Shown: positions 9,715 through 18,215 of the stretch, in pieces
Position numbering within the stretch: position 1 is the first letter of the stretch
Layout: each line of letters starts with the position of its first letter
NCBI GenBank assembly: GCA_020852295.1
Contig: JADZBC010000009.1
Span: forward strand, 216,058 to 280,057
Direction: 5' to 3'
DNA from: a bacterium
GTDB taxonomy: Bacteria > Patescibacteriota > Saccharimonadia > CAILAD01 > JADZBC01
Length of the DNA: 64,000 nt
Notes under the pieces: model-generated
The model's input: only the letters and a program-made list of their open reading frames with translations
Databases searched by the model: none
What the model was told of the DNA's origin: nothing
Program-made: the position numbers and the translations under genes

Positions 9715-11331
9715 ATGAGTGATATCATTTATCTCGAATCTGACGCCGAGATCACCGAGGCGATCGACAAGCTCAAATCTGCGAAAAAAGACTCTGTGAA
9801 GTTGGTTGTGCCAGCACGATCCTCGTTGCTTCAGAGTGTGGTCAATCTTAAGCTTCTCAAAAAAGCTGCCGCAGATCACAAGCGAGAGCTAATTCTTATC
9901 ACCAACGACAAGACTGCGAAATATCTTGCTGGTGGTGTTGGTCTGGCGGTCGCAGCCAATCTGAAGGCCGAAGCGAAGATCCCTGAAGCCATCAAAGAAG
10001 AGCCGACACCGGACATCATTGAGCCTGATAAATCGCCGCTCGAAGATGATGATTTGCCTATCCACGATGGCAACAAAGCCAAATCGTCCGAGCCAGATGA
10101 ACCGGTAGTCCGGAGCCGATCCCTGACTGACGATCAGCCAGCCGTCGAGCCAAAAAAATCCAAAAAGTCATCGAAGCAGCCGAAGGTGCCAAACTTTAAT
10201 AACCTGCAGAAGCGCACTTGGATTGCTCTCGGTGCAGTTGTGGGTGTAGTCCTACTAATTGTACTGGCGACAGTTGTGCCGTCGGCACAAGTAACCCTAA
10301 AGGTGAATGCCAAAAAGCTCCCGCTGGATCTGAAATTCATCGCTGATAGTAGTATCACCAAGAGCGATTACCCGAACCGCATTGTGCAGGCTACTAAGCT
10401 GCAGACTGAGAAGGATTTGACAGGCAATTTCACAGCTACCGGCAAGAAGGACGTTGGTACGAAGGCGAGTGGTAGTGTGACAATTTCTAATGCATCCAAT
10501 TCGGACCCTATCTCAATTCCTGGTGGTACTACTTTGACCGCAGAGAATCTACGCTTCACGCTCAATGGCAGCACAACTGTGCCGGGTGCTAAGCTGCAGG
10601 GCGGGAACATTATTCCTGGTACTATCAAGGCCGATATTACGGCAAGTGGAAATGGTGATCAGTATAATCTCGGTAATGCCGTTTTCACGATTGCCGGCTT
10701 CAATGGCAAAGTAACCGCAACCGGCTCGACCAGTGGCGGTACATCCAAGCAGGTCACAATTGTGTCTCAGGATGATATCGATAAAGCCAAGGCGACATTG
10801 CTCGATCAGGGCAAGGATCAGCAGAAGAGCGATCTTGTCGAGAAAGCGGGCAAAGATGCCAAGGCTTTTGAGGAGAGTTTTGCGGTAGAGGTACAGAGTT
10901 TTAGTTCCTCGGTAGCGGCTGACAGCGAGAACAGTAGCGGCACCGTGACTGCCAAAGTCCGCTATAGTCTTTTGGCGGTAAAGAAAACTGAACTCGGCAG
11001 TCTTTTTGAAGCAAGCATTAAGTCAGATTTAGAGAAAGGTAGCGAGATCTATGACAATGGTGTGGAATCAGCAAAGTATGCGTTCATCAAATCGGCCGGT
11101 GACGGCAAGGCACAGATTAGTGCTACCGGAACTGCCTATTATGGCGTACCGCTGGATCTAAAGAAAATCGCCTCAGACCTCAAAAATAAGCCAAAAAAAC
11201 AGGTCAATAGCCTTGTGCAGGATTACCCTGATGTCACCGGGGCAACCGTCGACAGCTGGCCACCACTCTTTCCAAATATGCCGGCACTCGACGGCAATAT
11301 CAAGATCAAACTAAGTGTTTCCCAAGATTGA
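9715..11331 (+). CDS. hypothetical bitopic membrane protein in the division gene neighbourhood
   Basis: A roughly 85-aa N-terminal cytoplasmic domain, a charged Pro/Glu/Lys linker, one TM helix (WIALGAVVGVVLLIVLATVV), and a roughly 340-aa Ser/Thr/Gly-rich extracytoplasmic domain. A TATAAT sits 7 nt before the ATG. Confidence 0.5.
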   Translation: MSDIIYLESDAEITEAIDKLKSAKKDSVKLVVPARSSLLQSVVNLKLLKKAAADHKRELILITNDKTAKYLAGGVGLAVAANLKAEAKIPEAIKEEPTPDIIEPDKSPLEDDDLPIHDGNKAKSSEPDEPVVRSRSLTDDQPAVEPKKSKKSSKQPKVPNFNNLQKRTWIALGAVVGVVLLIVLATVVPSAQVTLKVNAKKLPLDLKFIADSSITKSDYPNRIVQATKLQTEKDLTGNFTATGKKDVGTKASGSVTISNASNSDPISIPGGTTLTAENLRFTLNGSTTVPGAKLQGGNIIPGTIKADITASGNGDQYNLGNAVFTIAGFNGKVTATGSTSGGTSKQVTIVSQDDIDKAKATLLDQGKDQQKSDLVEKAGKDAKAFEESFAVEVQSFSSSVAADSENSSGTVTAKVRYSLLAVKKTELGSLFEASIKSDLEKGSEIYDNGVESAKYAFIKSAGDGKAQISATGTAYYGVPLDLKKIASDLKNKPKKQVNSLVQDYPDVTGATVDSWPPLFPNMPALDGNIKIKLSVSQD

Positions 11332-11744
11332 GCAATACCGCAAAAATAGACGCGACCAGACTTGCAATTGATTATGGCGAAAAGCGTATTGGTCTGGCGA
11401 TCAAAAAGTCGGGCCATAGTACGGTTGCTACCTTAAATTATCTCCCCAATCAGGAGCGAGCTCTTGATGATTTGCAAAAAATTGTGGACGATTTCAAGAT
11501 TGAGTGCATAGTGTTGGGCTTGCCGCGCGGGCTCGATGGCCAAAAGACCAATCAGACCGATGCTGTGGAGGCCTTTGGTGAACGGCTAGCGAAGGTCGTT
11601 GGTGTGGATATTGTCTACCAGGACGAGACGCTGTCGAGCGAAGAGGCGGTCAGGAGATTGCCGAAAGGCCTAACCGCAAAACAGCAGCGCGAACGCATTG
11701 ATAGCGAGGCGGCGAAAGTGATTTTAGAGGACTATCTGTTATGA
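11328..11744 (+). CDS. ruvX: YqgF/RuvX-like Holliday-junction resolvase family nuclease
   Basis: N-terminal IDYGEKRIGLAIKKSG is the RNase H-like YqgF motif. Size is 138 aa. TTG start overlapping the previous stop. Confidence 0.8.
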   Translation: MSNTAKIDATRLAIDYGEKRIGLAIKKSGHSTVATLNYLPNQERALDDLQKIVDDFKIECIVLGLPRGLDGQKTNQTDAVEAFGERLAKVVGVDIVYQDETLSSEEAVRRLPKGLTAKQQRERIDSEAAKVILEDYLL

Positions 11745-12739
11745 AAAAACCAGTAAAACTCGTGCTGGCACTTGTCGGTGTTGTGGCGGCTGCTTTGCTG
11801 GTCGTTAGTTTTTATCTTACATACAAGATTACGACATCACGTAATAATCAGAGCGTCGAAACGCAAATAGTAGAGATAAAGAGCGGGAGCTCAATTGGCG
11901 ACATCGCACGACAGCTTGCTGATAAAAAGCTGATTGATTCAACAGTTGCCTTTGAGTTTTATGCTCGTTTTGGTCCCGCAAGAGGGAGGTTGTTGCCGGG
12001 GCCGTATGCTTTGAGCGCCAACATGAGCATCAAAAAGATAGTCGAGAAACTTGCAGCGGGTGATTTGGCAGTGGCGAAAATAACCATTCCAGAGGGGGTC
12101 ACGGTCAATAGGATTGCGCGATTATGGGTGGCGTCTGGCGCCGGCAATGAAGCTGACTTCAAGGCAGCGCTCAAGTTAGACTACGGCTATGATTTCCTGA
12201 AAGACCGAATGAATCCTAGTTCGCTCGAAGGTTACCTGGCACCAGCAACCTATCGGGTTGGTTATCAGGCGAAACCACGTGAGTTGATAGAAAAGATGTT
12301 GCAGCAGTTCGAAAAGACAGTTCGGCCGGTGCTGTATGGCGCAAATGAATCTGGGCTTAGCCCAGCGCAAGTGCTGACACTTGCTTCAATCGTCGAGGCA
12401 GAAGCCAATAATACGGTCGATCGTAAGCTGGTCGCTGGTATCTTCCTCAATCGACTCGAGCAGGGTATAAAGCTTCAGAGTGATGTGACGGTCAACTATG
12501 TCACCGGCAAAACGGCAACGCGTCCAGAGGATCTGTTGGTAGACAGTCGATACAATACTTATATCTACAAGGGTCTTACGCCCGGACCGATCAATAATCC
12601 GAGCCTTAACGCGATCGAAGCCGTTCTGCGCCCAACTCGTACAGATTATCTTTTCTTCATCGCCGGTAAAGATGGCAAGATGTACTATGCTCGTACAAAT
12701 GACGAGCACGAAGCGAATATAGACCGATACTTGAAATAA
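11741..12739 (+). CDS. mltG: endolytic murein transglycosylase MltG (YceG-like)
   Basis: N-terminal TM helix and a YceG domain. Conserved C-terminal block YLFFIAGKDGKMYYARTNDEHEANI. Confidence 0.85.
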   Translation: MKKPVKLVLALVGVVAAALLVVSFYLTYKITTSRNNQSVETQIVEIKSGSSIGDIARQLADKKLIDSTVAFEFYARFGPARGRLLPGPYALSANMSIKKIVEKLAAGDLAVAKITIPEGVTVNRIARLWVASGAGNEADFKAALKLDYGYDFLKDRMNPSSLEGYLAPATYRVGYQAKPRELIEKMLQQFEKTVRPVLYGANESGLSPAQVLTLASIVEAEANNTVDRKLVAGIFLNRLEQGIKLQSDVTVNYVTGKTATRPEDLLVDSRYNTYIYKGLTPGPINNPSLNAIEAVLRPTRTDYLFFIAGKDGKMYYARTNDEHEANIDRYLK

Positions 12740-12772
12740 AAAAAACGCTTTAAACTAAGCATTTTTCGTAGC

Positions 12773-13039
12773 TTGACGCCCCATACTCACCATGCTAGAC
12801 TACTTGGCGTACCTTGAAATAAGCACAAGCAGTTTCCGTTTAACTGTTTTTGCTTAATTCTCGTTACCTGCATCAACCTTTCAGATTTAAGAGAGTCCAT
12901 AATTAATTTAACTTCAGGTCGAAGCTCTTGGTCCGCTTGCGGAGACAGAAAGGTCGCAGTAGAGACGCATTACCGTAACTGATGTTTCGCGTCTGGGAGA
13001 AGTTTTATAAGTAGAAAAGCGCTTGGCCTAGTTCTTAAA
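12773..13039 (+). promoter_or_regulatory. candidate promoter (TTGACG-17-TAGACT) plus a roughly 230-nt untranslated leader upstream of the LysM-CHAP gene
   Basis: A 300-nt ORF-free gap with several stem-loops. These include CAGTT-tccgttt-AACTG followed by TTTTT, and TCCG-CUUG-CGGA. Confidence 0.35.
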
Positions 13040-14194
13040 GTGCGCCGCGAAGCATTCGCTGGTGTGAACGTCGACCAGACACTTTCGAAAATAAAAAACC
13101 CACAGTCAGTAGGAACTTCCTACTTTCCAAAGAAAAATACATCTGAAATACTCAATTCTGGCATCCAGAATATTAGTCGTTCGATAAAAGCTGAGCGAAC
13201 GTTTGCAAAACGTTTCGCTGGTCACAGCCTTGTGCTTGTGGCAGCAGCATTAATTTTAGGGTTTAGCCACTTTAGCGGCGGTAATTCGCTTGCCATCGCT
13301 AACCAAGGTGGTGGCGTCGGCGTGGCCGATGATCAGGTTAGCTTAATACAGACTGGGGCTATTTTGGCTGCCAGTACCAACAGCATGATCGCTTCTGACA
13401 TCAAGTCAAAAGCTGAAACGATGAGCTCACAAGTTTATCTCGCAACCGCAGGTGATAACTTTTTGGCAAAGCGCCAGCCTATTACAACCGCCGGCAGTAT
13501 TACCCGTGACATCACCACCTACCAGGTGCAAAACGGTGATACTATCTGGAGTATTTCGGCGAAGTTTAATATCACGACTGACACGGTGAAGTGGGCAAAT
13601 GACCTCAATGATGACAGTGTGCTCAAGCCAGGCGCAAACCTTACCATTCTACCGGTTAATGGTCTGCTGTTTACCGCTCAGGGTGGCGATGATGTTGCAG
13701 CGATTGCTACCAAGTATAAATCAAGCGCATCATTGATCGACAGCTACAACAACCTTGAAGGCAATGCACCGGCGGCAGGTCAAAAACTGATTATTCCTGA
13801 TGGAGTTATGCCAGAAGAGCCAAAGCCTGTCGTGCAAGTCGCCGTGGCTGCTCCACGAGCAACCACACCGAGCTTCACCCCAACCTATGGTGGCTACAAT
13901 GGCTACGCCTACGGTTACTGTACATGGTATGTCGCGTCGCGCCGTTCGGTACCAAGCAACTGGGGCAATGCTGTGAGCTGGTATTACAATGCGCAGTACT
14001 CGGGTTATGGAGTTGGTAGTGCACCGACACCGGGGGCAATTGCCTGGGAGCGTAGTAATCACGTTGCGCTCGTTGAAAGCGTCAGCGGTGGTATGGTCAC
14101 TGTATCTGAGATGAACTACTACGGTAATGGTGGCGGTTGGAACCGCGTATCGCGCCGCACTGTACCGGCTAGTACCTTCCTCTATATCTACTAA
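13040..14194 (+). CDS. secreted peptidoglycan hydrolase with two LysM domains and a C-terminal CHAP domain
   Basis: Two LysM repeats (YQVQNGDTIWSISAKFNITTDTVKWANDL and a second copy). CHAP catalytic Cys (YGYCTWYVA) and His (NHVALVE). Signal-anchor helix present. GTG start; exact start uncertain. Confidence 0.75.
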   Translation: MRREAFAGVNVDQTLSKIKNPQSVGTSYFPKKNTSEILNSGIQNISRSIKAERTFAKRFAGHSLVLVAAALILGFSHFSGGNSLAIANQGGGVGVADDQVSLIQTGAILAASTNSMIASDIKSKAETMSSQVYLATAGDNFLAKRQPITTAGSITRDITTYQVQNGDTIWSISAKFNITTDTVKWANDLNDDSVLKPGANLTILPVNGLLFTAQGGDDVAAIATKYKSSASLIDSYNNLEGNAPAAGQKLIIPDGVMPEEPKPVVQVAVAAPRATTPSFTPTYGGYNGYAYGYCTWYVASRRSVPSNWGNAVSWYYNAQYSGYGVGSAPTPGAIAWERSNHVALVESVSGGMVTVSEMNYYGNGGGWNRVSRRTVPASTFLYIY

Positions 14195-14237
14195 AAGCCA
14201 TAGCTTTTTGAGGCCAAATACTATATAATCATTTCCT

Positions 14238-15494
14238 ATGTTTGTCGATATAGCAAAAATTAGTGTTGCTGCCGGAAGCGGTGGTAATGGTCGCATGAGC
14301 TTTCGCTCTAGTCGAGGCAACCCAAAAGGCGGTCCCGATGGTGGCGACGGTGGGAATGGTGGCAGTATCATTGCGCGTGCTGATCACAATAGCGCTACGC
14401 TCAGTAAATACCGCACCAGCAAGCTCTGGAAGGCCGAAGACGGTCAGCAGGGTGGCAAGAGCCGTGCCCATGGCCGCAACGGCAAAGACTTAATCCTCCC
14501 AGTAGCACCTGGGACTATTGTGCGCCTCGGTGACCAGATCATTGCCGATTTGCCCAACGATGGCGATGAAGCGATAATCGCCAAGGGTGGCAAGGGCGGC
14601 TATGGGAACGCACACTTTGTCAGCTCGACCCGTCAAGCTCCCCGCATCGCTGAACTCGGCGAAAAGGGCGAGGAGCGTGAGCTTGTGCTTGAGCTGAAGT
14701 TGGTGGCAGACGTTGGTCTGGTTGGTTTGCCGAATGCTGGCAAGTCGACGCTGCTCTCAGTGGTGAGCAATGCGCGACCACAAATTGCTGATTATCCCTT
14801 TACTACACTGGTGCCAAATCTAGGCATTATGGAGGTGGGCGACCAGAGCTTAGTCCTAGCTGATATACCTGGACTTATCGAGGGTGCCGCTGAGGGTAAA
14901 GGACTGGGTGATGAATTCTTGCGCCATGTCGAGCGCAACCGAGTGCTGCTACATCTGATTGATGCTTCGAGTGAAGATGTTGCGAACTCATATAGAGTAA
15001 TTATGGGCGAACTCAAAAATTACCAAGTCGATTTGTCTGATCGTCCTCAGGTTGTAGCCCTTTCCAAGGTTGAGTTGGTTGAACCAGCCGAGCTCAAGCA
15101 AAAGGTGGCTCAGCTGGCTAAGGCGGCCAAACTCAAACAAAAAGACATCATTTGCTTCTCAGCACAGACCCATCACAATCTTGATCAGTTAAAAAACCGA
15201 CTCCTTTTGGTGGCCAGCCAATCACAGCAAGAGGTTCACATTGAGGATGAAATGCCAGTTATTTCACTAAAAGCTGACGATGATTTTTGGGAAGTTAGTA
15301 AGGTGGATGATGGCTACCGAGTGGATGGGGTCGCGATCGAGCGTTTTGCTGCACGGACGAACTTTGATCAGCCACAGGCCGTCCTCCGACTGCGCGATAT
15401 CCTCATCAAGCGGGGTGTCGGCTATGAGCTCGAACGGCAAGGCGCATCATATGGCGACATAGTGCATATAGGCGACAAGGAGATTCGATGGTAG
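14238..15494 (+). CDS. obg: GTPase Obg
   Basis: Glycine-rich Obg fold (GGNGGMSF...GGDGGNGG). G1 motif GLPNAGKSTLL, followed by a C-terminal extension. A TATAAT sits 8 nt before the ATG. Confidence 0.9.
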   Translation: MFVDIAKISVAAGSGGNGRMSFRSSRGNPKGGPDGGDGGNGGSIIARADHNSATLSKYRTSKLWKAEDGQQGGKSRAHGRNGKDLILPVAPGTIVRLGDQIIADLPNDGDEAIIAKGGKGGYGNAHFVSSTRQAPRIAELGEKGEERELVLELKLVADVGLVGLPNAGKSTLLSVVSNARPQIADYPFTTLVPNLGIMEVGDQSLVLADIPGLIEGAAEGKGLGDEFLRHVERNRVLLHLIDASSEDVANSYRVIMGELKNYQVDLSDRPQVVALSKVELVEPAELKQKVAQLAKAAKLKQKDIICFSAQTHHNLDQLKNRLLLVASQSQQEVHIEDEMPVISLKADDDFWEVSKVDDGYRVDGVAIERFAARTNFDQPQAVLRLRDILIKRGVGYELERQGASYGDIVHIGDKEIRW

Positions 15495-16033
15495 ATTTCA
15501 CAATTGATGACATCGCTATCGAGGCCAAGACCGAGCCAGATTTGTTCTCACCCAAAGCACTCGACAGTGGCACGAGGCTACTCATTGAGCAGGCAGTCAA
15601 AGTGGAAGCTCAAACAATTTTAGATTGGGGTTGTGGCTGGGGCGCTATCTCACTGTATATGGCAAAAAGCCGGCCGCAGTCACGCGTCATGGCGCTGGAT
15701 AGCGATATCGCTGCTATTAGCACGACTCGGGCAAATGCTGAGCATAATGATGTGCGCAATCTTGAAGTGATCGCCAGCCACGGTTTCTCCGAGGTGCCGG
15801 CCGATCTCAAGTATGATCTGATTCTGAGTCACCCGCCAACACATCGTGGTCGTCAGGTTGTAGATCAGATGGTCGCTGATAGCCTGGAGCGCTTAAATGA
15901 CGGTGGTCAGCTGCTTGTTGTTTCGGAGGCGAGGATAAAGCCGTGGTTGGCACGGACTATCAAAAATGTCTTTGGTGACTACAAGATCCTCAAGCGCAAT
16001 CCAAAATATGTGGTTTTGCGCGGCATCAAGTAG
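15488..16033 (+). CDS. class I SAM-dependent methyltransferase (RsmC/RlmG small-domain type)
   Basis: SAM-binding motif DWGCGWGAISL and the N-methyltransferase motif SHPPTH. Confidence 0.7.
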   Translation: MVDFTIDDIAIEAKTEPDLFSPKALDSGTRLLIEQAVKVEAQTILDWGCGWGAISLYMAKSRPQSRVMALDSDIAAISTTRANAEHNDVRNLEVIASHGFSEVPADLKYDLILSHPPTHRGRQVVDQMVADSLERLNDGGQLLVVSEARIKPWLARTIKNVFGDYKILKRNPKYVVLRGIK

Positions 16034-16034
16034 C

Positions 16035-16063
16035 TTGTAGTCTTTATCTTTTACTATTACAAT
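16035..16063 (+). promoter_or_regulatory. sigma70-like promoter TTGTAG-17-TACAAT driving the high-GC 143-aa gene
   Basis: AT-rich hexamers with a 17-nt spacer. Located 50 nt upstream of a GAGGGGGG RBS and the ATG. Confidence 0.45.
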
Positions 16064-16112
16064 CTGGGCCAGGTGGATCTACCGCCGCACATGCAACCGA
16101 GGGGGGTGACGC

Positions 16113-16544
16113 ATGAATGTACATGGCAATATGGCACATCGACACTTCAAGCCAGAAGTGACGGCTCGTGTCGTGGCCGATCGAGTGGTGGCAGCCGGGG
16201 GAGATGCGGTGGTGGTGCCAGAGTTGGTCAAGCACCGCAAGGGTGGCCTGGAGATCGTGGGCTGGCAAGTTCACTACGCACCGAGCTACCTGCCCGACTG
16301 GGTACTCGATCCGCGCTGCAAGGAGGAGCCGAAGGTAATGAAGCTCCTCAAGGTGCTCAGCCAGTGGCACGACTGGATCAACGTTCAGCGCATCCGCAAC
16401 GAGCTGTACCTCGATGAGCGCGAGTTCCAGCGCACGGTTGATCTGGCACGCATGCTTCACCTGGTGGAGCACCCAGGAGGTTCGCAGTCGCGGCTCGTGC
16501 TGCTGTCGGCAGGCAGGGCGCGCGTTGAGGCGGCTTCCGCCTAG
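16113..16544 (+). CDS. hypothetical protein, high-GC foreign cassette (143 aa)
   Basis: Third codon positions are almost all G/C. The GAGGGGGG RBS is 6 nt upstream. Has its own promoter and a perfect terminator. The opposite-strand ORF 16044..16751 is a GC-shadow frame. Confidence 0.55.
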   Translation: MNVHGNMAHRHFKPEVTARVVADRVVAAGGDAVVVPELVKHRKGGLEIVGWQVHYAPSYLPDWVLDPRCKEEPKVMKLLKVLSQWHDWINVQRIRNELYLDEREFQRTVDLARMLHLVEHPGGSQSRLVLLSAGRARVEAASA

Positions 16545-16570
16545 AGACCCGGTGCTTCGGCACCGGGTCT
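16543..16570 (+). terminator. intrinsic terminator hairpin GAGACCCGGTGC-TTCG-GCACCGGGTCTC
   Basis: A perfect 12-bp stem with a UUCG tetraloop. Overlaps the stop codon of the 143-aa gene. Confidence 0.6.
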
Positions 16571-16597
16571 CAACCCGTTTATGATATAATTTATTCA

Positions 16598-16789
16598 ATG
16601 GTAAACGTAAAAAAAGCAGACGAGTTTTTTCGCAAAGAGATCGATACTGCCGAGATAGAGCGCAGTGCTCATTACACGTTTCGTGATGGTTTTCGACTTG
16701 GCTTCGGCATCTTCTGCGGGTTTTTACTTGGCAGTGTGATTTTAGTCGCAATTGTCTGGCTACTTGGCAGCGTCTTTAAGATCGGCTAG
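16598..16789 (+). CDS. small hypothetical membrane protein (63 aa)
   Basis: A single C-terminal TM helix. Native composition. A TATAAT sits 7 nt before the ATG. Confidence 0.4.
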   Translation: MVNVKKADEFFRKEIDTAEIERSAHYTFRDGFRLGFGIFCGFLLGSVILVAIVWLLGSVFKIG

Positions 16790-16833
16790 GCTCGATTTTT
16801 TTTATCAATTCTGCTAGTATTACTATCTGACAT

Positions 16834-16910
<77 letters not shown>

Positions 16911-16945
16911 TTTGTTCTTATCCAGCAACCCAGGAGGGTGAAGCA

Positions 16946-17188
16946 ATGGCTGATCAGCCAGATGAAACAACCGAGCCGGTCATCCGGCTCACTGGTGGCA
17001 CCATGGAGGTCCACCAGCTCGGTGGAGACGGTGAGGCGCCTCTCGTCGATCGTCCAGATGTCGCCCTACACGGCCTCGGCATCTTCGACCAGGCGGTCGA
17101 GGCGGCCGGTGGGCAGATCGAGGGAGATGTGCACCTGCGCACTCCGGGAGGCCTCCGACTCATCCGAGGCGGAAACGCCGACAACTGA
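16946..17188 (+). CDS. hypothetical small protein (80 aa), high-GC, immediately 3-prime of tRNA-Ala
   Basis: An AGGAGGG RBS is 7 nt upstream of the ATG. G/C-rich third positions. Followed by a hairpin terminator. The overlapping ORFs 16862/16866 (+) and 16954 (-) are artefacts. Confidence 0.45.
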   Translation: MADQPDETTEPVIRLTGGTMEVHQLGGDGEAPLVDRPDVALHGLGIFDQAVEAAGGQIEGDVHLRTPGGLRLIRGGNADN

Positions 17189-17211
17189 GACACAGGGGCT
17201 CGGGAGCTTCC

Positions 17212-17241
17212 GAAGAGGGGCCTTCGGGCTCCTCTTCATTT
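17212..17241 (+). terminator. hairpin GAAGAGGGGCC-TTCG-GGCTCCTCTTC followed by ATTTT
   Basis: A 10/11-bp stem with a UUCG loop and a U-rich tail. Terminates the tRNA-adjacent high-GC ORF. Confidence 0.5.
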
Positions 17242-17257
17242 TAGCTATAATAATAAT

Positions 17258-17692
17258 ATGAAACCTGACCAGACTATCGCGCATGTCTTGCAGTTGGATC
17301 TGCAGGCGCTACGGATCGCCAATATCTCAACGATCGCCTTTGATGCCGATCGCACGCTTGGACATTTCTTTTTTCGGCAACCAGAGAAGAATATTGAGGA
17401 TTTTATCACTCAAGTATCGCAGGACTTCGGAATAATCCTGGCGACCAATCGTCGCCGACCCATAATCTTTGCAAATCTTTTTGGTGCAAGCATAGTGCAA
17501 CCGGTGCTGGGTCTCAAACCCAAACCCCATGCAGAATTCTTCCAAAGGATTATTGACACCGCAGGAGTGCCAGTGAACCAGATTGCGATGGTTGGTGATA
17601 GCATGCGTAAGGATATTGAACCGGCGCAGCGGTCTGGCATGTATACTGTGTGGGTTGATTCCAGGCGCGGTGATGCTAAACACATAGTATAA
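17258..17692 (+). CDS. HAD-superfamily phosphatase (YqeG-like HAD-IIIA)
   Basis: Motifs IAFDADRTL and MVGDSMRKDIEPA. A TATAAT sits 6 nt before the ATG. Confidence 0.6.
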   Translation: MKPDQTIAHVLQLDLQALRIANISTIAFDADRTLGHFFFRQPEKNIEDFITQVSQDFGIILATNRRRPIIFANLFGASIVQPVLGLKPKPHAEFFQRIIDTAGVPVNQIAMVGDSMRKDIEPAQRSGMYTVWVDSRRGDAKHIV

Positions 17693-17699
17693 TGTTGGC

Positions 17700-18161
17700 A
17701 TGGTAGATCATGATCCAACACAAGATCCTGCTTTGGTCGAGACAGCGCATGCTTCCTTGAGCCCAGTCGAAGTGATCGAAAAGAAATTTAGTGAGATATA
17801 CGAACTTCATATGAGTCATCCGGATCGAAACTATGTATCGGCGAGTGGCGAGGCAGAAGTCGCCCGACTGAGTACACCGGAGGGTCAGCTGATTGATGTC
17901 ATGCGACCTTCGCTTGACCGTCTGCCGGGAGATGTACGCGTTTTTCATATTTATGAATATCAGCGGGCGATCAATCTAGAAACTGGACAGCCATCGCAGG
18001 ATAAGGTGTATCGTGAGTTTGCAGTACAAGATGGCGGCGTCTTTGGTGAGATTCTCACAGATCGTAGCGGCCAAGCCTACTTCGTGGAGATGACGGAGGG
18101 TGCCGCAGAACTTGCCCAAAGGGTTGCTCAGGCCAATCTGGTGCCCTACCCAGAAGCTTAG
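17700..18161 (+). CDS. hypothetical protein (153 aa)
   Basis: ORF with native composition. No recognised motif. Confidence 0.4.
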   Translation: MVDHDPTQDPALVETAHASLSPVEVIEKKFSEIYELHMSHPDRNYVSASGEAEVARLSTPEGQLIDVMRPSLDRLPGDVRVFHIYEYQRAINLETGQPSQDKVYREFAVQDGGVFGEILTDRSGQAYFVEMTEGAAELAQRVAQANLVPYPEA

Positions 18162-18215
18162 CCTAATCTTTGTTATAATAACCCTAGCCCAACACAAGAT
18201 TGGGCGTAACTATCT

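Noticed and set aside
12890-12960. SRP-RNA-like motif (CAGGTC...GGTCCGCTTGCGGAGACAG)
   Set aside because: It superficially resembles the 4.5S RNA helix 8. It lacks the GGAA/GNRA tetraloop context and the conserved AGCAGC. It is probably a coincidence.
16044-16751. 235-aa minus-strand ORF across the 16.1 kb island
   Set aside because: It is a shadow frame. The plus-strand frame has GC3 bias, an RBS, a promoter and a terminator.
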